From contig CAYUFS010000015.1 of assembly GCA_964443975.1 (NCBI GenBank), positions 11,711 to 75,710 of the forward strand: 64,000 nucleotides of DNA. The letters run 5' to 3'. The position numbers and the translations under genes were made by a program. The stretch's first letter is position 1, and the number at the start of each line of letters is the position of its first letter. The stretch comes from an uncultured Myxococcales bacterium (GTDB lineage Bacteria > Myxococcota_A > Polyangia > Fen-1088). A model generated the notes under the pieces. It saw nothing but the letters and a program-made list of their open reading frames with translations, did no database searches and was not told where the DNA came from. Positions 38,164 through 46,539 of this stretch are shown piece after piece.

Positions 38164-40770
38164 TCAGTCCAAGAACAACGTCGCCATCAACCGGATGGTG
38201 ATGGGGTACGCGGGGGTGTAGTCGACGTCCTCGCAGCCATAGAAGCGCCCGCCCCCCGCGGAGCCGTCCGGGGCCGGCGCCAGTCGCCCCTTGCTGCCGC
38301 AGCTGAAACCCGCCGGAACCGCGGAGCCGACGCCGGGCTCCGTCCGCAGCCGGCTGACCGTCGCGAACTGCGCCGAGCGAAAGTCGCTGTCCAGCAGGTT
38401 CTCGATGTCGAGCGCGATGTCGAACCAGCGGTGGCGATAGCCGAGGTGCATGTCGAACTGCGTGAAGCCGGGCGCGACCAGCACGCCGTCGTCGGACGCC
38501 GGCCGATCGCCGATGCCGTAAAAGCGGAGGCCGGCGCGTCCCACGCCGGGTCCGAGCGCGTGCCGCGCCGACAGACCGCCGGCCCAGGTCTGCTTGGGCG
38601 CGAGAGCCAGGCCTCCGCCGTTCTCCATGTCGGTGCTGAACTGGGAGTGCGTGAACGTCAGCGCCAGATCGGCCGCCAACCACGGCGTCACCTCGTAGCG
38701 CGTCTCCATCTCGATGCCGTGGCGGGTGGTGGGATCGCTCACGCCGGTGGTGCCGTCGTCTCCGTTCCAGACCGTCTCGCTGTCGAGGTCGAGCTTCCAC
38801 AGGGCGGCCGCCACGTCCCAGCGACCGAACAGCCGCGCTCGCGCGCCAACCTCTTCACCGATGGCGCGCGCCAGCGGCGTGACGGATGGCTGCGCAAACA
38901 CGCCGCGAACATCGTTCGAGTGAAACCCGCGGCCATAGTTGGCGTAGACGTCGAGGGCGGCGTTCTCTCCGTCGAGCGGCGTGACGATCAGGCTGGCCTT
39001 GGGGCTGAACTGGTGGCCTGCGTCGTTGCCGCTCTTCGGCGCCGTGGGGTCGACCGTGGTCAACCGATTGTCGACGGTGAACGACAGCAGGTCGGCCCGG
39101 CCGCCAACGTCCGCGCGAATCCATCGCGCCGGCGTGATCTCCTCGTTGAGATAGGCGCCGAGGAAGCTCTCATGGACATCGTTCGATCGAACCGCGCTCT
39201 GCTGCTGGCGGTGAGCCGTGTTCCACAGTTCCTCGTGAATGTCGTCGTTCCGCGCGTCCGCGCCCAGGGTCGTGTCGATGGTGACCGGGCCGCTGCGATG
39301 GAGAATGCGGTAGCTCACGCGCCCCCCGTAAAACGTGCGGCGATCGATCTGCTCGATCTCGTCGCCGTTGTCGGGATCGCGCAAGAACAGCGTGAAGTTG
39401 GAGAACAGGTTGAACCGGTAGGTGCCGGCGTAGGCCATCGCCTTCAGCTCGCTGGTCTCGGTGGGACGAAGGCGATACGAGGCAAATAGCTGATGGCGGG
39501 CCGTGTTTCCGCCCTCGTCGGGGTCGATGGAACCGAATCGGGAGATCAGCCCCTCCTCGACCGCCCGCGCCGGGATCTGCCCCGAACCGTGCCAGTTTCC
39601 GGCATAGCTCATCTCACCGATGCTGAGCGTCGAGGTGGGCGCGGACGACAACGTCAGCTTGTTGAAGAGCTTGTACTTGTCCCAGTTCTCCGGGTTGTCG
39701 AAGGGACCGTTCGAGCGCCCGACCTCGGCCGCGAAGGTGGCCTTGATGCCTTCGAGCTTGGGGCTGGCGATGGCCAGCGCCCGATATCCGGCCGACCCGT
39801 GGTTGGGCGAATCGACGAACCCGGCACCCACCGAGCTGTGCTCGAAGGCATCGCGCGACACCATGTTGACGGCGCCCGCCGTCGCGAAATCGCCCTGGCC
39901 GACGAAATAGGGTCCCTTCGTGATCTCCACGCGCTCCACGACCTCGGGGATGATGAAGTTCGTGTCGGCGAAGCCCTGGCCGTGCGCGTGCGACACCATG
40001 TTGATGGGAATGCCGTCGATGGACAGGGCCAGATCCGTGCCGTGGTCGGCGTCGAAGCCCCGCAAGAAGTACTGGTTCGCCTTGCCGCCCCCCGAGTGCT
40101 GCACCATCACCAGCCCGGGCGTGACGCGCAAGATGTCCTGCACGCTGCCGATCGGTCGCAGTTGAAAGTCTCGATCCTGCACCGAGAAAGAAGACGCGGC
40201 GCTGATGGGTCGCGTCCCGAGCACCAGCGTCGACTGGTTCGGGTTGGCCTGAACCACCTCGCGCGGAGGCGCCGCGGCGGGCAGTGGGGCCGGTGGCGGC
40301 GTGGACTGCGGCGCCGCCGGAGCCGGCGCCACCTCGTCCGGTGGCAGGTGGAACTCATAAGTGAACTGGACGGTCGACGGTATGGGCACGCCGCCCTTCT
40401 TCGCGGGCTCGAACGTGAACGTGCGGGCCGTCGCGGCCGCCGCTTCATCGAAGCCATGCCCGGCGCTGGAGGTCACCTTCACGTTGACGACCTGCCCGGC
40501 CGCCGAAATATCCAGCTGAAGGCCCACGTTGCCTTCCACCCGGTCCTTCAACGCCCCCTTGGGATAAGGGGCGTCGGGGTGCGTCTGCAGGGAAGGCGGC
40601 GTGATGGCGTCCTCCGTTGCGGAAGGCGGCAGGTTCGCTGACGTCGGATCTTCCGCCAGGGCTCGCCCCGGCCATATCGAACCGAGGGCGAGCGTGAGCG
40701 CGGCTACCGTCACGCGCCCGGAGAGAACAAGCGCTCCAGACGCACTCTGTTGGTTGGCACGTTTTATCAT
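38164..40770 (-). CDS. TonB-dependent outer-membrane receptor with N-terminal fused TonB C-terminal-like domain
   Basis: The N-terminal YPKGALKDRVEGNVGLQLDISAAGQVVNVKV...FEPAKKGGVPI is a TonB_C fold. A plug domain (DRDFQLRPIGSVQDILRVTPGL) and a beta-barrel ending in F follow. The start is either MIK (40770) or MSS (40800). Confidence 0.8.
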   Translation of the reverse strand: MIKRANQQSASGALVLSGRVTVAALTLALGSIWPGRALAEDPTSANLPPSATEDAITPPSLQTHPDAPYPKGALKDRVEGNVGLQLDISAAGQVVNVKVTSSAGHGFDEAAAATARTFTFEPAKKGGVPIPSTVQFTYEFHLPPDEVAPAPAAPQSTPPPAPLPAAAPPREVVQANPNQSTLVLGTRPISAASSFSVQDRDFQLRPIGSVQDILRVTPGLVMVQHSGGGKANQYFLRGFDADHGTDLALSIDGIPINMVSHAHGQGFADTNFIIPEVVERVEITKGPYFVGQGDFATAGAVNMVSRDAFEHSSVGAGFVDSPNHGSAGYRALAIASPKLEGIKATFAAEVGRSNGPFDNPENWDKYKLFNKLTLSSAPTSTLSIGEMSYAGNWHGSGQIPARAVEEGLISRFGSIDPDEGGNTARHQLFASYRLRPTETSELKAMAYAGTYRFNLFSNFTLFLRDPDNGDEIEQIDRRTFYGGRVSYRILHRSGPVTIDTTLGADARNDDIHEELWNTAHRQQQSAVRSNDVHESFLGAYLNEEITPARWIRADVGGRADLLSFTVDNRLTTVDPTAPKSGNDAGHQFSPKASLIVTPLDGENAALDVYANYGRGFHSNDVRGVFAQPSVTPLARAIGEEVGARARLFGRWDVAAALWKLDLDSETVWNGDDGTTGVSDPTTRHGIEMETRYEVTPWLAADLALTFTHSQFSTDMENGGGLALAPKQTWAGGLSARHALGPGVGRAGLRFYGIGDRPASDDGVLVAPGFTQFDMHLGYRHRWFDIALDIENLLDSDFRSAQFATVSRLRTEPGVGSAVPAGFSCGSKGRLAPAPDGSAGGGRFYGCEDVDYTPAYPITIRLMATLFLD

Positions 40771-40860
40771 AAACGTGCCGCTTGTAGCACGAGAGCTCAT
40801 TATCGTGTTACAAGTTTTTGCATCGCTCTTGTTACAAGTTCTTGGGCGGCTTGCGGGTAG
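40745..40860. promoter_or_regulatory. Candidate operator/promoter region: perfect inverted repeat GGCACGTTT-N7-AAACGTGCC plus tandem direct repeat TGTTACAAGTT x2
   Basis: The inverted repeat lies at about 40755-40779 and overlaps the MIK start codon. The direct repeats lie at about 40806-40846 in the AT-richest stretch of the window. The region sits between the divergent receptor operon and tonB, 1.3 kb from nikR. Confidence 0.4.
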
Positions 40861-40909
40861 TGAAGGGCGGCAGTAAATCCAGGGCCGAGATCAATGGCGC
40901 AGCAGAATC

Positions 40910-41746
40910 GTGGAGCTAGTTCTCTCAGATGAACGATCGGGACCGGTCGTGGCTCTAGGGCGCGGATCTGGACGGGCGCGCCGCGCCGGCCCGGCCGTCG
41001 CCATCGGGGTGTCCGTGTTCGCTCATGCGGCGTTCGCGGCGCTGGTGGGCGGAGGCTTCATGGTCTTTGGCGCCCGCGAGCCCAAGGGCGCTCCGTCGAT
41101 CGAGGTCGACGTGCTCGAGACCGTGGCGCTCGCGGCGGACATCCCCACGGCCCCGACCATCGGCAATCAGGTCACGTCGCCCGCGCAGGCTTCACCTCGG
41201 GCCCGCGCGCGGTCCACCCCCGTTCCGTCAGCCAACCGGAGGCCCGAGCCATCACCAGCGCCTCCCACGGCGCAGGCTTCCCCCGAGGTCGAGTCCCAAC
41301 CGAGCGCGGCGCCGGTGCGCTTCTCGATGAGCGCCGGCACCATCGCGGGTCGGGGTATTCCGGTGAGGAACAGTCGGGAGGGGGGCGCGTCTGTAGCCGG
41401 CCTTGTCATCGGGCCCGGCGGCCCTTCGAGGAGCGGCACGGACGGCGGGAGCGGCGAGATCTTTGGCGAGGACCGGATCAGCGTGCCCGCGCGACTGCTC
41501 TCCAGCGCCAGCGTCCCGTATCCGGCGGCCGCGCGACAGGCCGAGGTCGAAGCGGACGTGCAGGTTCAGCTCGTGGTCGGCGTCGACGGCTTTGTCGAGG
41601 ACGCCCGCGTCGTCAGACCTTGTGGCTACGGCCTCGACGAGGCCGCGCTGGCGGGCGTCCGAAACTTTCGGTTTTCTCCCGCGTTGCGCGACGGTCGACC
41701 GGTTCGTGTCCGGATGCGCTGGCCGGTTCAGTTTCGGCTTCGCTGA
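40910..41746 (+). CDS. tonB: TonB-family energy transducer
   Basis: An N-terminal TM helix, a Pro/Ala-rich spacer, and a C-terminal TonB_C domain (ADVQVQLVVGVDGFVEDARVVRPCGYGLDEAALAGVRNFRFSPA). Confidence 0.75.
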   Translation: MELVLSDERSGPVVALGRGSGRARRAGPAVAIGVSVFAHAAFAALVGGGFMVFGAREPKGAPSIEVDVLETVALAADIPTAPTIGNQVTSPAQASPRARARSTPVPSANRRPEPSPAPPTAQASPEVESQPSAAPVRFSMSAGTIAGRGIPVRNSREGGASVAGLVIGPGGPSRSGTDGGSGEIFGEDRISVPARLLSSASVPYPAAARQAEVEADVQVQLVVGVDGFVEDARVVRPCGYGLDEAALAGVRNFRFSPALRDGRPVRVRMRWPVQFRLR

Positions 41747-42173
41747 GGGCATGCAGGTGCTCGCGTCCGAGCATGTCGGCGACCAGCTCGACGCCGCCGT
41801 GCTTCACGCCACGCATCCCCAGAACACGGTTCGCGATCTCTTTCAGCCGATCCGATTTTCCCCTGATGATCACCACCTCCATGCACAGATCGTGGCTGAG
41901 GTGAACATGCAACGAAGCCCGCACCGCCTCGCCCAGGTCATGCTGTAGAGCGGTGAGTCGGTTGCTGAGATCGCGCACGTGGTGGTCGTAGACCAGCGTC
42001 AGCGCCGCCACGGAATCCACGCCAAGCGGAACCTTCGCACGCCCGATCTCGGCGCGCGCCAGATCGCGGAACAACTCGGAGCGTGTGCAGTCGCGCTCCG
42101 TGGCCAGGGCGTCGATTTCTTCCAACAGGTCGCCATTGATGGCCACACCGAAGCGGACGAGGTCGGCTTTCAT
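41613..42173 (-). CDS. nikR: Nickel-responsive regulator NikR (ribbon-helix-helix + metal-binding domain), with unusual C-terminal extension
   Basis: MKADLVRFGVAINGDLLEEIDAL is an RHH. SLHVHLSHDLCMEVVIIRG is the NikR H-x-H...C nickel site. The ORF continues about 50 aa past the usual end and overlaps the convergent tonB 3' end. Confidence 0.7.
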   Translation of the reverse strand: MKADLVRFGVAINGDLLEEIDALATERDCTRSELFRDLARAEIGRAKVPLGVDSVAALTLVYDHHVRDLSNRLTALQHDLGEAVRASLHVHLSHDLCMEVVIIRGKSDRLKEIANRVLGMRGVKHGGVELVADMLGREHLHALSEAETEPASASGHEPVDRRATREKTESFGRPPARPRRGRSHKV

Positions 42174-42262
42174 CGGCCGCACGATATCGCGCCGTTCACC
42201 CCGCCTCCACCCGGGCTCACCTCTGCGAAGGAAGGCGCCCGCTCGAAGCAGGGGCAGCCGCG

Positions 42263-42943
42263 TCAGAACTCGTGGCCGATGACCAGCCGGAACGGGAAGA
42301 TTCGGCCCAGGCCCGTGCGCGAGGTGGGGGCGTTGCTGGAATAGATCCAGTAGCGAAAGTCGATGGCGAAGGGCTGAACGTCGACGAACCAGTGGTTCCA
42401 GGTCGCCGCGAGCTCGAGGCCGAATCCGCTCTCCATGCGCAGGAATTTGCCCCCCGTCACGAACATGATCTCTCCGCGCACCAGCGTGAGGATGGGCTCG
42501 AGGTCCAGCCGGAATTTCGGCGAGTCGTCGAGGTGGATCGGATAGCCGAAGGAGATGAGGTCGATGCGAAATCCGCGCGCCGAATATCCCTCGGAGCTCT
42601 CCCATTGATACGCGAGGCCGAGGTGATCGCGGACGTACGAGCTGGAGGGCGAGACGAGGTCGAGTCCGAACGCGTTGGTCGCGCGGCTGTTGTTGACGAG
42701 GTCGCCGTCCTCCTCGATGACGTGGCTGTACGTGAGGCCGAGGCGAAAGGGGCTGTCCCCGCCAATGCGCGGCGTCGGGGCCGCGGTCGCCGGCGCAGGC
42801 TGGGGTGCGGGAGCGGGCGGAGTGCTCCCCGGGGCTACTTCTGTCCCGGGGGCCAGCTTCGGGTCACCGATATCCTGAGCGCTGACGAACCCGCCCGAAC
42901 AGATCGAGGCCAGCAGGGGAAGCACGGTCCGAAGCCGGCGCAT
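42263..42943 (-). CDS. Putative small outer-membrane beta-barrel protein (ends GHEF)
   Basis: Signal MRRLRTVLPLLASICSGGFVSAQD. Alternating aromatic strands. A C-terminal Phe. Confidence 0.5.
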   Translation of the reverse strand: MRRLRTVLPLLASICSGGFVSAQDIGDPKLAPGTEVAPGSTPPAPAPQPAPATAAPTPRIGGDSPFRLGLTYSHVIEEDGDLVNNSRATNAFGLDLVSPSSSYVRDHLGLAYQWESSEGYSARGFRIDLISFGYPIHLDDSPKFRLDLEPILTLVRGEIMFVTGGKFLRMESGFGLELAATWNHWFVDVQPFAIDFRYWIYSSNAPTSRTGLGRIFPFRLVIGHEF

Positions 42944-43037
42944 GACCCGGAATATTGCACGAGGTGACAGTTTCGCCACGCCTCCAGGAAGAAGGTGAAG
43001 AAGTGTGAAAGCGATTGACTTGCCGCGCCTCCCGCAC

Positions 43038-43064
43038 TATTTCGAAACTTCGAACTATCGAGGT
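43038..43064. promoter_or_regulatory. Candidate MarR operator: adjacent palindromes TTTCGAAA and TTCGAA
   Basis: The sequence tatTTCGAAacTTCGAActaTCGAggt lies about 80 nt upstream of the preferred MarR start. Confidence 0.3.
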
Positions 43065-43133
43065 CATGGACATTCCGTGGGAGAGCGCGCGCAAAACACT
43101 TCACCCATCTCGGTGGCCCCGCCGCACGCCGAG

Positions 43134-43568
43134 ATGGGGGTCCTCATCAGCGAGCTGATGAAGCACGTCAACCGGCGTTCGGCGGGCGACACGCTCGCGA
43201 TCCTGAACGACGCGGGTCTCACGTTACCCCAGCTCGTGACGTTGCACATCCTGGACCAGTGTGGCGTTCGGACGGTCTCGGCCATCGCCTCGTCGCTGCG
43301 CCTGTCAGCCGCGGCTACCAGCCACCTCGTCGATCGACTGGTCGTGGGTGGGTTCGTCGGACGCATCGAGGATCCGGATGACCGCCGGCAAAAGCGTGTC
43401 ACGCTCACCGCCAGTGGACGGCGGCTGGTCGATCGAGTACAGCGAGAGCGCACCCGCGAGATGACGGAGGCCGTCGCGGGGTTGTCAGCAGAGGTGTCTC
43501 GTCAATTCGGGCGGGTCTTGAGTCGGGTCATCGAGGAACTGTCGTCTTTGCCAAAGGGCGTGCCATGA
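43134..43568 (+). CDS. MarR-family transcriptional regulator
   Basis: Winged-helix block LTLPQLVTLHILDQCGVRTVSAIASSLRLSAAATSHLVDRLVVGGFVGRIEDPDDRRQKRVTLTASG. Its stop overlaps the next ATG (ATGA). Confidence 0.7.
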   Translation: MGVLISELMKHVNRRSAGDTLAILNDAGLTLPQLVTLHILDQCGVRTVSAIASSLRLSAAATSHLVDRLVVGGFVGRIEDPDDRRQKRVTLTASGRRLVDRVQRERTREMTEAVAGLSAEVSRQFGRVLSRVIEELSSLPKGVP

Positions 43569-44308
43569 AAACCATCGTGTCTGTCAAGAATGCCACCAAG
43601 GACTACGCGCTCGGAAAGGTCACGGTGCAGGCGCTCCGTGGGGTCGACCTCGAGGTGGCCGAGGGCGAGTTTCTGTCGATCGCCGGGCCCTCGGGCAGCG
43701 GGAAGACGACGCTCCTCAACCTGATCGGCTGCGTGGACACTCCCACCTCGGGAACGGTCGAGGTCGCCGGCAAGGACACGCGCAAGCTGTCCGAGCGTGA
43801 GCTGACCGAGCTGCGGCTCAACACCATCGGCTTCATCTTCCAGAGCTTCAATCTGGTGTCCGTATTGAGCGTGTTCCAGAACGTCGAGCTGCCGCTGTTG
43901 CTGCAGCGCAAGCTCAGCACGCCAGAGCGGTCGGCGCGCGTGCGCGCCCTGCTCGAGCGCGTCGGGCTGGGCGAGCACGCCCGCCATCGGCCGAGCGAGC
44001 TGTCCGGCGGACAGCGCCAGCGGGTCGCCATCGCGCGCGCGCTGGTGACGCGGCCACAGCTGGTGCTCGCCGACGAGCCGACGGCGAACCTCGACTCCGT
44101 CACGGGCCAGAACATCCTGGATCTCATGAAGGAGCTGAACCACACCGAGCGGACCACGTTCATCTTCTCGACCCACGATGCGCAGGTGATGGCGCACGCC
44201 AGCTCCGTCGTTCGCCTCGCCGACGGGAAGTTCGTGGACCGCCTGAGCGCCGCGGACGCGGTCGCGGCCGGGGTGAACCGCCGGCTGCCCACGGCGGGGG
44301 TCTCGTGA
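43565..44308 (+). CDS. ABC transporter ATP-binding protein (LolD/MacB-type)
   Basis: Walker A GPSGSGKTT, signature LSGGQRQRVAIARA, Walker B LVLADEPT. Confidence 0.9.
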   Translation: MKTIVSVKNATKDYALGKVTVQALRGVDLEVAEGEFLSIAGPSGSGKTTLLNLIGCVDTPTSGTVEVAGKDTRKLSERELTELRLNTIGFIFQSFNLVSVLSVFQNVELPLLLQRKLSTPERSARVRALLERVGLGEHARHRPSELSGGQRQRVAIARALVTRPQLVLADEPTANLDSVTGQNILDLMKELNHTERTTFIFSTHDAQVMAHASSVVRLADGKFVDRLSAADAVAAGVNRRLPTAGVS

Positions 44309-46464
44309 TGCAGGGGCAGATCGCCACGCTGGCGGTGATCGCGAAGATCGCGTTTCGCAACCTGTTCGCCAGCCGGCTGAAGACGATGATCGTGGGCGGC
44401 ATCATCCTGTTCGGGGCGATGCTGGTGGTGGTCGGCGGCTCCTTCGTCGACAGCATCGTCGCGGGGATGCGCCGGAGCATCGTGGGCAGCGTCGCCGGTC
44501 ACATCCAGGTGTACTCGTCGCAGTCGAAGGATCCGCTGGAGGTGATGGGCGGCTTCTCCCTCGAGGCCCCGGACCTGGCGGCGCTCGACGACTTCGCGAA
44601 GGTCAGGGAGGTGCTGCAGGCCATCCCGGGCGTGAAGTCAGTGGTGCCGATGGGTGTGAACGGCGCCATCGTCCCGTCCGGCAACACCATCGACGTGGCG
44701 CTGGCCCGCCTGCGCGACCTCGTGCGCCGGAAGCTGGCCGGGAAGGCGTCGCCCGCCGATCTGGCCGCGTACCAGGCCGAGAAGGGCCACGTCCACCAGA
44801 TCCTCTCGGTGCTTCAGGGCGACATCAAGAACGCCCGGCAGCTCCAGGACGAAAAGGCGTTGTCCCCGGAGGACGCCGCGGCGGTGACCAAGGCCGTATC
44901 GCCAGCGTTCTGGGCGAGCTTCGACAAGGATCCCCTCGACTCCCTCGAGTTTCTCGAGAATCGCATCGCGCCCCAGGCCATCGACGCCGACATGCTGTTC
45001 CTGCGCTACGTCGGCACGGACCCGGCGGTGTTCGCGCGCTCGTTCGATCGCATGAAGATCGTCGACGGGACGACGATCCCCGAGGGCAAGCGCGGCTTCC
45101 TGTTCGCGAAGTTCGTCTACGAGGATCAGGTCAAGCTGAAGACGGCGCGACGGCTGGACAAGATCAAGATCGCGCGCAACGAACGCGGCGAGAAGATCGC
45201 CCAGGACCCCGAGCTCAAGCGCTACGTCCGGGAGAACAGCAACCAGGTCCGCGAGATCCTGTTGCAGCTCGACGAGCCCAAGACTGCGCTCTTTCGCACG
45301 AAGCTTCAGGGCAAGCTGGGCAGCGCCGAGACCGACGTGGCGAAGCTGCTGTCGGCGTTCTTCCAGACCGATGACGCCAACTTCGACGATCGCTACCAGT
45401 TCTTCTACGCCGAGCTGGCGCCGGCGCTCGAGCTCTATCGCATTCGCATCGGGGACACCCTGACGATCAAGGCGTTCACGCGCAGCGGCTACGTGCAGTC
45501 CGTCAACGTTCACGTGTACGGGACCTTCGACTTCACGGGGCTCGAGAAGTCTCCGCAGGCCGGGGCGCTGAACCTGATGGACATGGTGTCGTTCCGGGAT
45601 CTCTACGGCTTCCTGACCGCCGAGCGGGAGAAGGAGATCGGCGAGCTCAAGAAGGCCATGAACGCCCGCGAGATCTCGCGGGACAACGCAGAGGCCGAGC
45701 TGTTCGGGACCAAGGAGGCGGCCGCGCCGGAGGCCACACCGGAGCCAGCGGGGCGCACCATCGTGGCCGAGGCGACGCCCGGCGTGCGGCCCCCCGAGGG
45801 GGAGGGCATCGCCAGCAAGCTCGCCCGCGAGGACCTGGTCAACCGCGTCTACAACCCGGACCAGCTCGAAGCGGGCGCCGTGCTGAACGCGGCCGTGATT
45901 CTCGCCGACGAGCGCAAGATTCCGGAGACCATCGTGGCCATCGAGGCCGCGGGCAAGCGCGCCGGACTACCGCTGAAGGCGATCACCTGGCAGGAGGCCT
46001 CTGGCTTCATCGGTCAACTGGTCATGGCGTTCCAGGCGGTGTTGATCGTTCTGGTGCTCATCATCTTCCTGGTGGCGCTGGTGATCATCAGCAACGCGCT
46101 CGTCATGGCGACCCTGCAGAGGGTGCAGGAGATCGGCACGCTGCGGGCGGTGGGCGCTCAGCGTCGTTTCATCCTGGCGATGCTGCTGCTCGAATCGCTC
46201 GTGGTCGCGGCGGTGTTCGGGGGGGCAGGCGTCATCCTCGGCGCGCTCGTCGTGTCTGTGATCGGAAAGGTCGGGATCCCCGCGCCCAACGACGTCTCGT
46301 ACTTCTTCTTTTCGGGGCCACGCCTGCACTTGACGCTGGGGACCTCGAACTTGATCAGCGCCCTGGTCATCGTCTTCGTGGTGAGCGGCCTGTCGAGCCT
46401 CTACCCGGCGTGGCTCGCCATGCGCGTGAATCCCCGTCAGGCCATGCAAGCGGAAGAGGGATGA
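44305..46464 (+). CDS. FtsX-family ABC permease with very large (~520-aa) periplasmic domain
   Basis: GTG start overlapping the upstream TGA. TM1 near aa 25-48. The next TM helices appear only after about aa 575. The C-terminal FtsX 4-TM core has the signature LRAVGA. Confidence 0.8.
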   Translation: MMQGQIATLAVIAKIAFRNLFASRLKTMIVGGIILFGAMLVVVGGSFVDSIVAGMRRSIVGSVAGHIQVYSSQSKDPLEVMGGFSLEAPDLAALDDFAKVREVLQAIPGVKSVVPMGVNGAIVPSGNTIDVALARLRDLVRRKLAGKASPADLAAYQAEKGHVHQILSVLQGDIKNARQLQDEKALSPEDAAAVTKAVSPAFWASFDKDPLDSLEFLENRIAPQAIDADMLFLRYVGTDPAVFARSFDRMKIVDGTTIPEGKRGFLFAKFVYEDQVKLKTARRLDKIKIARNERGEKIAQDPELKRYVRENSNQVREILLQLDEPKTALFRTKLQGKLGSAETDVAKLLSAFFQTDDANFDDRYQFFYAELAPALELYRIRIGDTLTIKAFTRSGYVQSVNVHVYGTFDFTGLEKSPQAGALNLMDMVSFRDLYGFLTAEREKEIGELKKAMNAREISRDNAEAELFGTKEAAAPEATPEPAGRTIVAEATPGVRPPEGEGIASKLAREDLVNRVYNPDQLEAGAVLNAAVILADERKIPETIVAIEAAGKRAGLPLKAITWQEASGFIGQLVMAFQAVLIVLVLIIFLVALVIISNALVMATLQRVQEIGTLRAVGAQRRFILAMLLLESLVVAAVFGGAGVILGALVVSVIGKVGIPAPNDVSYFFFSGPRLHLTLGTSNLISALVIVFVVSGLSSLYPAWLAMRVNPRQAMQAEEG

Positions 46465-46492
46465 GGGAAGAGGGATGAGGGATGAGGGATGA
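46456..46492. repeat. GA-rich heptamer repeat GGGATGA (3-4 units) placing TGA in all three frames
   Basis: Units GAGGGATGA / GGGAAGAGGGATGA / GGGATGA / GGGATGA begin in the permease stop codon. TGAs at 46462, 46476, 46483 and 46490 cover frames 1, 0, 1 and 2. Confidence 0.4.
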
Positions 46493-46539
46493 CGAGGGAC
46501 AGCGCGCGGACCAGGGACGCAAGGACGAGGAGCTGAGAC

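Noticed and set aside
38041-40641. Plus-strand ORFs 38041-39489 and 39493-40641
   Set aside because: They are antisense to the TonB-dependent receptor gene (plug and barrel motifs on the minus strand).
40806-40846. Direct repeats as a mini CRISPR or IS terminal repeat
   Set aside because: There are only two 11-bp copies, no cas or transposase genes lie nearby, and the context is a divergent promoter. Interpreted as a regulator binding site instead.
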